This document shows, piece after piece, positions 55,660 to 64,000 of a DNA stretch of 64,000 nucleotides. The position numbers and the translations under genes were made by a program. This DNA comes from an uncultured Gemmatimonadales bacterium (GTDB taxonomy: Bacteria > Gemmatimonadota > Gemmatimonadetes > Longimicrobiales > RSA9), in assembly GCA_963741945.1 (NCBI GenBank), contig CAVUKA010000001.1, forward strand, positions 1,184,001-1,248,000, written 5' to 3'. A model generated the notes under the pieces. That model ran no database searches and had not been told where the DNA came from. It saw nothing but the letters and a program-made list of their open reading frames with translations. The first letter of the stretch is position 1, and each line of letters opens with the position of its first letter.

Positions 55660-56250
55660 TCATCCGCCGCTGAGTGCGTCCCGGAGCAGGCGCTCCAGAC
55701 GACCCGTGCTCCGACACCGCCCCCGGCTCCCCGTCGCGGTGACGGCGTTCGCCTCCACCTGCATCCGCACTTCCGTGCCACCGTCCGCCGCGATCAGCTC
55801 CGTCCGCACCAGTGGATAGACATCGCCGCTCGTGGCCGTGTTCCCGTACGCGGTCCCTGGACATGTGAAGAAGCGCGCCACAGGATCGCCGGCGATCCGC
55901 CGCACCCGGCCCCCGCTGCTCACCAGGAGGTGACGGTCGCTGTCCGCGCCGGTCACGGCCAGCCCGGCGTCGCCGTACACCCTCACCAGCACGGGCCAGA
56001 GCTCGGTCGGCGGGGCGGGCAGCGTGAGGGTGGAGATGTTGGCCTCGTGGGTCAGCGTCATGCCTTCCGAGCGGCCGTCCGTCTGCACGGTCACCCCGGT
56101 GCGCGACGTCGGGGCGGAGCCGTCCGGCGCGGTGGCGCAGGCCCCGAGCGCCAGTATGGAGGCGAGGATCCCGACCGGGCGAAGATGCAGGACCCGGCGA
56201 AGCCGCGTGGCGGCGCCAGGCCCACCCGGCTGGCGTGTGGACGTGTGCAT
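55660..56250 (-). CDS. Hypothetical lipoprotein
   Basis: Lipobox LGAC; two further Cys; GAG RBS. Confidence 0.6.
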   Translation of the reverse strand: MHTSTRQPGGPGAATRLRRVLHLRPVGILASILALGACATAPDGSAPTSRTGVTVQTDGRSEGMTLTHEANISTLTLPAPPTELWPVLVRVYGDAGLAVTGADSDRHLLVSSGGRVRRIAGDPVARFFTCPGTAYGNTATSGDVYPLVRTELIAADGGTEVRMQVEANAVTATGSRGRCRSTGRLERLLRDALSGG

Positions 56251-56298
56251 CGGCTCACTCCCCCTGAGGCAGGCGACGACGACCGCCGTCGCTCAAGC

Positions 56299-56459
56299 CT
56301 AGCCTACCCGCCCGCCGTCCGCGTCGTCAACCAGAAGTCTCCGGATCCGCTCCTGCCGAAGAACCCGAACACCTCGTGCAGCGGCAGGGGGAGCATCATC
56401 CGGGCACGGAACACGCGCTCCGGATTTCGCGGGACCCGGCCCCGGACCCCGCCCCTCAC
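56299..56459 (-). pseudogene. Internally deleted SRPBCC-family remnant
   Basis: N-terminal RVFRARMMLPLPLHEVFGFF joined out of frame to C-terminal RQERIRRLL; GTG overlaps the upstream stop. Confidence 0.5.
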
Positions 56460-56932
56460 ACGCCCGCTTCCGGCGCCGGGGCCAGAAACGTCTGCTCCGC
56501 CAGCCACGGGGTCCCCCATGCCGCCGCCCAGCCCCGCAGCAGCCCCAGCGGCTCCTCCAGAGGAGCCGCCCCCAGGCGGTACTCCTCCACGGCATGCACG
56601 AACCGCCCCCGCTCCTCTGCGGCGAGCCGGTCCGAAACGTGGCCGAAGCCGTGCAGCAGCGCATCCACCGTCCCTCCCACGGTGCGCGCCACGGCCACTG
56701 CCCGCGTGAAGCCGGCTTCGTACTGCGCCACGACCCGCTCCACCGGAAGCCCCTCCTCATTCGCCACCACCCGCCCCAGGACCCGCATCCAGCGCTCGGA
56801 ATGCGCAAGCAGGAGCAGCTTGTTCGCCGCATGGAAACGCACCAGCCCCGCCATGGTGCCGGGGAGCGCCCCGGCCGCCGCCTGCCCGGCCGCCGCCGCT
56901 CCCGGCCCCCGCACGGCGTCGCCCACGCTCAT
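56456..56932 (-). CDS. DUF1722 (YbgA C-terminal-like) protein
   Basis: LVRFHAANKLLLLAHS, LGRVVAN, ALLHGFGHVSDRL, WLAEQTFLAP. Confidence 0.82.
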   Translation of the reverse strand: MSVGDAVRGPGAAAAGQAAAGALPGTMAGLVRFHAANKLLLLAHSERWMRVLGRVVANEEGLPVERVVAQYEAGFTRAVAVARTVGGTVDALLHGFGHVSDRLAAEERGRFVHAVEEYRLGAAPLEEPLGLLRGWAAAWGTPWLAEQTFLAPAPEAGV

Positions 56933-57696
56933 CGCCCCACGCCCATGAGCCCCAGGACTTCGCTCCGCAGCCCGCGGTCATGCTCCAGTGCGCCGCGGAA
57001 CGCCGTGGTCACCATCCTCGCCTCCTCCTTCCGCGCACCCCGCAGCCGCAGACACGAATGCTCCGCCTCGACCACCACCGCCACGCCGCGCGGGTCCAGG
57101 TGCTCCACCAGCGCGTCCGCCACCTGCGATGTCAGACGCTCCTGCATCTGCAGCCGACGGGCGAACACGTCCACCGTCCGCGCCAGCTTGCTCAACCCCG
57201 TGACCCGGCCGTGCGCCGGCAGGTACGCCACGTGCGCCACCCCCGTGAACGGCAGCATGTGATGCTCGCACACACTCGTGAACCGGATCCCGCGCAGCAT
57301 CACCACGTCGTCCCCCGCGTGCTCCTGCGCGAACACCCGCTCCAGGTGCTCCCCCGCCTCCTCCCGTGTCCCCGCCAGCAGCTCCTCGTACGCACGCGCT
57401 ACCCGCGCCGGCGTCTCCAGAAGCCCTTCCCGGTCCGGGTCCTCGCCCAGCCCCAGCAGCAGCTCCCGCACCGCCGCCTCCATCCGCGCGCGGTCCACCC
57501 CCCCCGACCCCCGCCCGCCGACCGGGGACCCCGCCTCCCCGGCACTCTCCCCCGCACCCCGCCGGCTCCGCCCCTGCTCCGTCGTGCCGTTTCGCCCGCG
57601 CTCCACCCCCCCGTTCCGGCCGGGCTCCATGGTGCCGTTCCTTCCGTGCTCCGCCAGGGGCACCGGTGACAGCAGCCGCCTTGCCATCTCACTCAT
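56929..57696 (-). CDS. folE: GTP cyclohydrolase I with repetitive N-terminal extension
   Basis: GEDPDREGLLETPARVA, SVCEHHMLPF, GLSKLAR, QERLT, HSCLRLRG. Start uncertain. Confidence 0.93.
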   Translation of the reverse strand: MSEMARRLLSPVPLAEHGRNGTMEPGRNGGVERGRNGTTEQGRSRRGAGESAGEAGSPVGGRGSGGVDRARMEAAVRELLLGLGEDPDREGLLETPARVARAYEELLAGTREEAGEHLERVFAQEHAGDDVVMLRGIRFTSVCEHHMLPFTGVAHVAYLPAHGRVTGLSKLARTVDVFARRLQMQERLTSQVADALVEHLDPRGVAVVVEAEHSCLRLRGARKEEARMVTTAFRGALEHDRGLRSEVLGLMGVGR

Positions 57697-57713
57697 GTCG
57701 CCCGCCTCTCTTG

Positions 57714-57889
57714 AATCGTTCAAAACGTTCACGGCAGAAACGTATACCGCCCGCACGGGTCCGTCAATGGTCTTCCATGCGACACCATCATCTGGGGCGA
57801 CACGATGAGCTGATAGGGCCATCGTTGACGGATGGCGTCCGGCGCGCGAGATTGGGGTCATGGCACTGAGCAATCGACCGAATCGTTCA
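57714..57889. promoter_or_regulatory. Divergent folE/regulator control region with 9-bp direct repeats
   Basis: AATCGTTCA-AAACGTTCA (57714-57731), AAACGTATA (57738-57746), AATCGACCG-AATCGTTCA (57872-57889); minus-strand TTGACG-N17-TACGTT; plus-strand TTGACG at 57825. Confidence 0.55.
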
Positions 57890-58783
57890 GAACAGCCGGT
57901 CTACCTCTCGCCCCGCGCGCTGGCGGAAGCGATCGGGGTGAGCGAGTCGTCGTTGAAGCGCTGGGCGGACGAGGGGCGGCTGTCGGTGGAGCGGACGGCG
58001 GGGGGGCATCGTCGCATCCCGCTCGGCTCCGCGGTCCGCTTCATCCGGCAGGCGGGTCTCAGGCCGGTGCGTCCGGACGTATTGGGGCTGGCGGAGCTGG
58101 AAGGGGAGGCGGGGGCCGCGTCGCCTTCCCGGGAGGAAGGCGCGGAGCGTCTGTTCACGCTGCTGTCGGCGGACCGGGGGCGGGAAGCGCGGAGCCTGCT
58201 GCTGGCGCTCTACGTCGACGGCGCCTCGCTGGCCTGGCTGCTCGACGGGGTCATCCGGGGGGCGCTGGCTCGGACGGGGGAGCTGTGGCTGGACGGGCCG
58301 GGCGGGATCTTCGTGGAGCATCGCGCGGTGCAGACGTGCCTGGAAGCGCTGGACGGGATCCGTCGCCTGCTCCCTCCTCCGAAACCGGACGCGCCGGTGG
58401 CGCTCGGCGGTGCCGTGTCCGGTGATGTGTACCAGCTGCCGAGCGCCATGGCCGCGCTGGTGGTGGCGGAAGCCGGGTTCCGGGCCCGGAACCTGGGCGC
58501 GGACACGCCGGTGGAGGCCACGCTGGAAGCGGTGCGACACTACAGGCCGCGGCTGGTCTGGCAGTCGTTCAGCGTGACGCCGGCGGATCCGCGGGGCGCG
58601 CTCGCGGGGCAGGAGCGTCTGGCGGGCGCCCTGGCGAGGATGGCGCCGGCGGCGCTGGTGCTGGGGGGCCGCGCGAAGGACGGAATTCCGGTCCCCGCCC
58701 GCCCGAACGTCCACCGGCTGGACACCATGGCGGAGCTGGCCGCGTTCGCGATGGGCGTGGCGGTGCCGTCGCCGGCGGATTGA
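57860..58783 (+). CDS. MerR/excisionase-HTH plus B12-binding domain regulator (CarH/LitR-like)
   Basis: [24 protein letters not shown]...TAGGHRR HTH; GELW...VEH four-helix motif; GDVYQLP, NLGADTP, LGG Rossmann domain. Confidence 0.82.
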   Translation: MALSNRPNRSEQPVYLSPRALAEAIGVSESSLKRWADEGRLSVERTAGGHRRIPLGSAVRFIRQAGLRPVRPDVLGLAELEGEAGAASPSREEGAERLFTLLSADRGREARSLLLALYVDGASLAWLLDGVIRGALARTGELWLDGPGGIFVEHRAVQTCLEALDGIRRLLPPPKPDAPVALGGAVSGDVYQLPSAMAALVVAEAGFRARNLGADTPVEATLEAVRHYRPRLVWQSFSVTPADPRGALAGQERLAGALARMAPAALVLGGRAKDGIPVPARPNVHRLDTMAELAAFAMGVAVPSPAD

Positions 58784-58808
58784 AGCCGTCCGGGTGAAGG
58801 CTGGCGTC

Positions 58809-58949
58809 AGTGGTGGACTTTCCTGCGCCGTTCAGGCCCAGGAAGCCGTAGATCTCGCCGGGGCGCACCCTGAGTCCCAGCCGATCCACGGCCTGCACAT
58901 CGCCGAAGCGCTTGCCCAGCCCGCGGGTCTCGATGGCGAGCTCGCTCAT
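58809..58949 (-). pseudogene. Truncated ABC transporter ATP-binding gene
   Basis: [22 protein letters not shown]...[13 protein letters not shown]; similarity stops right after Walker A. Confidence 0.75.
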
Positions 58950-58988
58950 GCCGCCGGCGTCACGGGCATGGTCGCGGCGGGGTGGCGG

Positions 58989-59312
58989 TCAGTACGCCGA
59001 GTGCTTGAGGATGGCGACACCACGCTCCCAGTCGATGGAGAAGTCGTCGTATCCCACGGCAATGTACCGACGGCGCAATTCGGGGAGGACACCGCCCTCG
59101 TCCAGGAGCCGTTTCAGCATTTCGGGCGGGCGATTCAGGTTGACGATGGACAGCCGCTTCCGGTTGTCCGCCTCCCGGCGCTCGAACGCGCCCGACTCGA
59201 TGGCCTCGTCGATCTGGCGCTCGAGTCCCTCCACCAGGTCACGACGGGGCGTGATCACGTCCTTGGCGTCCTCGTCGAACCACCGGTTTGCCTTCAACGG
59301 TCGAACTGCCAT
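58989..59312 (-). CDS. Hypothetical protein
   Basis: Strong RBS GGAGG, 107 aa, plausible globular composition. Confidence 0.55.
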   Translation of the reverse strand: MAVRPLKANRWFDEDAKDVITPRRDLVEGLERQIDEAIESGAFERREADNRKRLSIVNLNRPPEMLKRLLDEGGVLPELRRRYIAVGYDDFSIDWERGVAILKHSAY

Positions 59313-59490
59313 TCCGTCCTCCCCTCTTCTCCACCGCCCGGCTCCCGGGCGTCCGGCCCTGCAGGCCGCGCGCCGCGGCGCGCCTGCGTGGCGACGCCCC
59401 GGCTTGGATGATGCGCATGATGATATCATCGGCGGCCACTGTCACGCGGTTTCGGGGCCGCCCCACGCGAATACCATCAGGAGCCATACC

Positions 59491-60411
<921 letters not shown>

Positions 60412-60433
60412 CAGCCGGCGGGCCCCGGGGCCG

Positions 60434-60893
60434 CTACTGCTCTTCCAGCACCACCCGCATCGTCACCGCGTCCGGGCGGCCGTTCCCGTCCACGTCGAAC
60501 ACGCCGTCGACGCCGTCGAAAATCACGCGATCTCCTGCTTCCAGGTAGGGGAACGAGCGCGCGAGCTCGAAGGGGTGGTCCGAGAACGGGTCGTCGCTGA
60601 AGGAGATGCGACCCGGGACCGATCTGGTAGCGACCGGAATTCGCGACGTGGAGGTCGTTGAAGTCCAGCGTGGACTCGAACGTCGAGTCCGCCCTGTCCA
60701 GGCTCAGCTCGAACTCCGCCCCCTGCACCACGAGGTCCAGCGTATCCGCGGCCGGTCCCTGCTGGACTTCCATCGAGACCGCGCGAAGCGTGAGCGGCTG
60801 CTGGACGGCGATGACCCGCGTCGGACCGTTCTCTCCGCACGCGGACAGCGCCACGGTCACCGCGACCGCCAGAATCGGTGTCGACTTCCTCAT
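60434..60893 (-). pseudogene. Lipoprotein gene with a single-base frameshift (real or sequencing error)
   Basis: MRKSTP..LSAC lipobox; after YQIGP the GC3-rich coding signal continues in another frame (RISFSDDPF...VVLEEQ*); span is 3n+1. Confidence 0.6.
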
Positions 60894-61002
60894 TCCTGCC
60901 TCCTGGGTGCCTTGCGCACCTTTCGGGGAAGGCATGCTTCGTGCCGACGGCCCGATTTTGGGGCCCCTTGAGTCCGCGGCGTTCCCGCGACATCGTGGAC
61001 CC

Positions 61003-61377
61003 ATGAGCGCGCCACCACCATCCCCGCGAATCGCTGCCGACGGCTGGGGCCGCCTCGAGCTGGAGGACGGCCGCACGTTCAAGGACGCCAAGCTGTGGCC
61101 GGGCGGCGCGCGCGCATGGGACTGGAGGGAGTCGGGGACGGGTCACCGGGAGGGAATCCTGCCCGCGGACGTGGAGGAGATCCTGGAGCACGGGGCCGAC
61201 GTGGTGGTCCTGTCGAGGGGGCGTCTGCGGGCGCTGTCGGTGGCGGAGGGGACGCTGGCGCTGCTCGAGGCCCGGGGCGTCGAGGCCGTGGTGCTCCCGA
61301 CGGCCGCCGCCATCGAGCGCTACAACGAGCTGCGAAAGCACCGCCCCGTGGGGGCGCTCATCCATTCCACCTGCTGA
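61003..61377 (+). CDS. Mth938-like/DUF498 (AAMDC-like) protein
   Basis: WGRLE, KDAKLWPGG..AWDW..SGT.H..GI, VLSRG, AIERYN, LIHSTC. Confidence 0.88.
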   Translation: MSAPPPSPRIAADGWGRLELEDGRTFKDAKLWPGGARAWDWRESGTGHREGILPADVEEILEHGADVVVLSRGRLRALSVAEGTLALLEARGVEAVVLPTAAAIERYNELRKHRPVGALIHSTC

Positions 61378-62317
61378 GCCGCGGCAGCACCACCGCCGGG
61401 CCGCGCGGCTCGAACCGCAGTCGCACGGGAGGCGCCATGGAGCGCGGCTCCCCGTCCAGCGTGAGCGGGAGCGGATCCGCGGAGTCCAGCTCCACCCACG
61501 GCGTGTTCCACGACTCCGTCCCCATCGCCCCCGCCAGCGGATCACGGCCGCGACGATGACGCAGCAGCGACCGGATGAGCATCAACGCACCGCGCCTGGC
61601 GCCGCGCAGCACCACCACGTGCAGCGAGTCGTCGGAGCGGGCCGGTCCTCCATCATGCGGCGCCGGGAACGAGTCGCGCCCCACGCCGACCCACACCAGG
61701 CCACTCCCGATCTCCATCTCCCGCCCGGGTGTCCGCACCGTGAGCGGGACGCGCGGCGGCCGGGGAAAGAGGAGGCCGAGGGCCAGCGCAGCGGCGGGCC
61801 ACGTGGTGAGGAACGGCCGCATCCGCTCCCGGATCCGCACCACGCGGGCATACGGCCCCGCGATGGCCGTATTCAGGAACACGTCCCCGGCCGCGAGGCC
61901 CACCGGCATCCCGGTCACCCGCCCCTCGCGGAGCGCCCTCACCACCTCGAGCGGCGTGGCCATCCCGAGTCTCGCCGCGAAGTGGTTGAGACGGCCGGTC
62001 GGGAGCGGGAGCAGGGCCGAGCCCGTACCCAGAAGCGCCGCAGCGGCCGCGCGCTGCGTGCCGTCGCCGCCCGCCACCCCCACGATCGCCACCCCACGCA
62101 GCCGCAACGCGCTCGCCAGTCGCCCCGCTTCCGCCAGCCGCGCCACCCGCGCCACCCGCTCCGCCACACCGGTGGGAGGCACCGGCTCCACGATCGACCG
62201 CTGCCCCAGCGCCGCCAGGATTCGTCCAAGCTCGGCCGGATCCCGGATTCCGCCGGCGCGCGGGTTCATCACCACCCGCACCGCCCGCCCGGCCACGGCA
62301 CCGTCCGCGGCCATCAC
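61358..62317 (-). CDS. Diacylglycerol/lipid kinase family protein
   Basis: NPRAG, AGGDGT, LPTGRLNHFA, FLN, LDGE. Confidence 0.85.
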   Translation of the reverse strand: MMAADGAVAGRAVRVVMNPRAGGIRDPAELGRILAALGQRSIVEPVPPTGVAERVARVARLAEAGRLASALRLRGVAIVGVAGGDGTQRAAAAALLGTGSALLPLPTGRLNHFAARLGMATPLEVVRALREGRVTGMPVGLAAGDVFLNTAIAGPYARVVRIRERMRPFLTTWPAAALALGLLFPRPPRVPLTVRTPGREMEIGSGLVWVGVGRDSFPAPHDGGPARSDDSLHVVVLRGARRGALMLIRSLLRHRRGRDPLAGAMGTESWNTPWVELDSADPLPLTLDGEPRSMAPPVRLRFEPRGPAVVLPRLSRWNG

Positions 62318-62988
62318 CGCCCTGCGTCGATCTTCTCGTACAACGCGTTCACGCTCACCCGGCGACCCTCGTCCAGCTGCACACGCACGGTCTCGCTCGG
62401 CGTCAGCGGCAGCAGACCCCTCGCCGCCATCGCGCGGTCCAGCTCGGCCGCCGACAGCAGCACGCCCCGCCCGCCCGGCATCCCCTCGTACACGCCCGGC
62501 TGGCCTTCCACCGGCCGCACGCCCCGCCCGGTCAGGTCCACTTCGGGGGTGAACTGGTTGAACAGCACCAGCCCGCCAGGGGCCACGACCCGCCCCAGCT
62601 CATCCACCGCCCGCTCCCACTCCTCCCGCGTGGTGGCGCTGTGGTGCACGCCCAGCGCCACCACCAGGTCGAAGCTCCCATCCGCATACGCGGACAGCTC
62701 GTCCATGCGACCCCGGCGCACCCGGCGCTCGACTTCCTCCTTCCCCATGATCTCCGCCAGACGGCTCCGCGTCCGCTCGACCATCGCCCGCGACGCGTCC
62801 AGGGCCTGCACCCGGAACCCGCGGCGGGCCAGCAACTCCGTGTTCCGCCCGCCCGCGCACCCCAGGTCCAGCACCCGCGTACTCGCGGGATCCGGGTACT
62901 CCGCCACCAGCGCCAGCAGGCGGTGGTCCGGGTCCCGCTCCGCGAAACGCTCTACCCGCTCCGGATCTTCCCAGAAATCGTCGTTCAT
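62314..62988 (-). CDS. Class I SAM-dependent methyltransferase
   Basis: VLDLGCAGGRN, ALDAS, SFDLVV, VAPGG. Confidence 0.88.
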   Translation of the reverse strand: MNDDFWEDPERVERFAERDPDHRLLALVAEYPDPASTRVLDLGCAGGRNTELLARRGFRVQALDASRAMVERTRSRLAEIMGKEEVERRVRRGRMDELSAYADGSFDLVVALGVHHSATTREEWERAVDELGRVVAPGGLVLFNQFTPEVDLTGRGVRPVEGQPGVYEGMPGGRGVLLSAAELDRAMAARGLLPLTPSETVRVQLDEGRRVSVNALYEKIDAGR

Positions 62989-63038
62989 ACCGGCAACAAT
63001 GCAAATGGCGCTCACCCTCGCCAGTGCGCCCGCCAGAG

Positions 63039-63083
63039 TGGTGCCAGCGCTTCCGCTCACATGGTGCCAGCGCTTCCGCCCAC
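63039..63083. repeat. 23-bp-period tandem duplication
   Basis: TGGTGCCAGCGCTTCCGCTCAC-A-TGGTGCCAGCGCTTCCGCCCAC. Confidence 0.7.
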
Positions 63084-63148
63084 GGGCACCGGGGCGCACC
63101 GGCCGCCCCGTACAGTTCATGGGGGTTGTCCCGTGCGGGCGTCCGGTT

Positions 63149-63166
63149 TATCTTTGTTTCGAGATA
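63149..63166. promoter_or_regulatory. MarR (MhqR-like) operator candidate 1
   Basis: TATCTTTGTTTCGAGATA imperfect palindrome 20 nt upstream of the marR gene. Confidence 0.65.
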
Positions 63167-63185
63167 AATGCGGAAAGGAGTGTCC

Positions 63186-63704
63186 ATGGACGATCGTGAG
63201 GCCGCACTCCGGCTCTGGATCATCCTGAGCCGGGCCCAGGCCAGCGTGGCCGCGCATGCGGAAGCGGACGTGGCGCGTCATGGTCTCTCCCTGGCGGATT
63301 TCGCGGCGCTGGAAGCGCTGTACCACAAGGGGCCGCTCCTGGTGGGCGAGCTCCAGCGCGCGGTTCTGAAGTCGAGCGGGGGGATGACGTACGTTCTGGA
63401 TCGCCTGGAGCGGAAGGGGCTGGTGCGGAGACGGCCGTGCCCCGACGATCGGCGTGCCGTGTACGCGGAGCTCTCCGCCGACGGAGAGGCGCTTCTGGAT
63501 CGCATCTTCCCGGAGCACGCCGGAGCGCTCACCGCCGCCCAGGAGGCGCTCAGCGCCGCCGAGAAGGAGAGAGCGGCCGAGCTGCTGAAGCGCCTCGGGC
63601 TCGGCGCGGCCCGACAGCGTCTCCCGGGCCGCGAGGGCACGGCTGCGGAAGGGGCCGCGGGGGAGCGAGCGGACGCCGCCGTCGCCCGCTCCTCGCCGTT
63701 GTAG
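63186..63704 (+). CDS. MarR family regulator (MhqR-like)
   Basis: LWIILSRA, LEALYHKGPL, SSGGMTYVLDRLE, CPDDRR, IFPEH. Confidence 0.9.
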   Translation: MDDREAALRLWIILSRAQASVAAHAEADVARHGLSLADFAALEALYHKGPLLVGELQRAVLKSSGGMTYVLDRLERKGLVRRRPCPDDRRAVYAELSADGEALLDRIFPEHAGALTAAQEALSAAEKERAAELLKRLGLGAARQRLPGREGTAAEGAAGERADAAVARSSPL

Positions 63705-63726
63705 CGCGGCATTTTTCGTGCATGTG

Positions 63727-63744
63727 TATCTTTGAACAGAGATT
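63727..63744. promoter_or_regulatory. MarR operator candidate 2
   Basis: TATCTTTGAACAGAGATT, same arms and spacing as site 1, upstream of yceI. Confidence 0.6.
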
Positions 63745-63771
63745 CTTTGACCAATGACAAGAGAGGACGCC

Positions 63772-64000
63772 ATGCAGGACTCACAGACGACGACTGGAAC
63801 CAGCACCTGGGCCATCGATCCCGCACACTCGCAGGTCGAGTTCACGGTGAAGCACATGATGATCACGAAGGTCCGGGGCCGCTTCGCGGGAGTGAAGGGT
63901 GAAGTGCACCTGGACGAGGACGATCCGTCGAACAGCCGCGTGGACGTGGAGATCGACGCAGCCAGCGTCGACACGCGGGCGGAGGACCGCGACACGCACC
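63772..64000 (+). CDS. YceI family protein (partial)
   Basis: WAIDPAHSQVEFTVKHMMITKVRGRF...IDAASVDT. Confidence 0.92.
   Translation, partial: MQDSQTTTGTSTWAIDPAHSQVEFTVKHMMITKVRGRFAGVKGEVHLDEDDPSNSRVDVEIDAASVDTRAEDRDTH

Overview
GC-rich bacterial chromosomal window. The gene-family mix (BlaI/M56 pair, Ser/Thr kinase-TolB-like-TPR proteins, tricorn protease) suggests Gemmatimonadota, which is an inference. Housekeeping content: leuS followed by an array of 19 tRNA genes (all distinct anticodons, none with encoded CCA), two solitary tRNAs, prmA, cyoE, SCO/PCuAC, pntA1/A2/B, folE, an M16 peptidase pair, an MFS transporter and a MarR-yceI pair. The best candidate for an undescribed system is a co-oriented cluster at 34.3-43.0 kb: variant HD protein, MmgE/PrpD dehydratase, fungal-Lys4-like single-chain homoaconitase, Lys12-like (homo)isocitrate dehydrogenase, CitD-CitE fusion with an altered ACP serine motif, and CitF. 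It reads as a complete 2-oxoacid/(homo)citrate module whose C-C step is done by a citrate-lyase-type complex rather than a synthase, with no citC/citG/citX in the window. Other notable items: an HpnP-like hopanoid C-2 methylase coupled to an HpnL-like gene; a deaminase-first variant of the DHAP-shunt salvage cluster; a tRNA-Gly-derived structured stub inside the tRNA array; a RAYT-type HUH transposase bracketed by 14-bp inverted repeats; a KaiC-like ATPase/histidine kinase pair; a CarH/LitR-like B12-domain regulator with His-to-Tyr substitution and 9-bp direct repeats; and several decayed genes. No database searches were run; family calls rest on recognised motifs.
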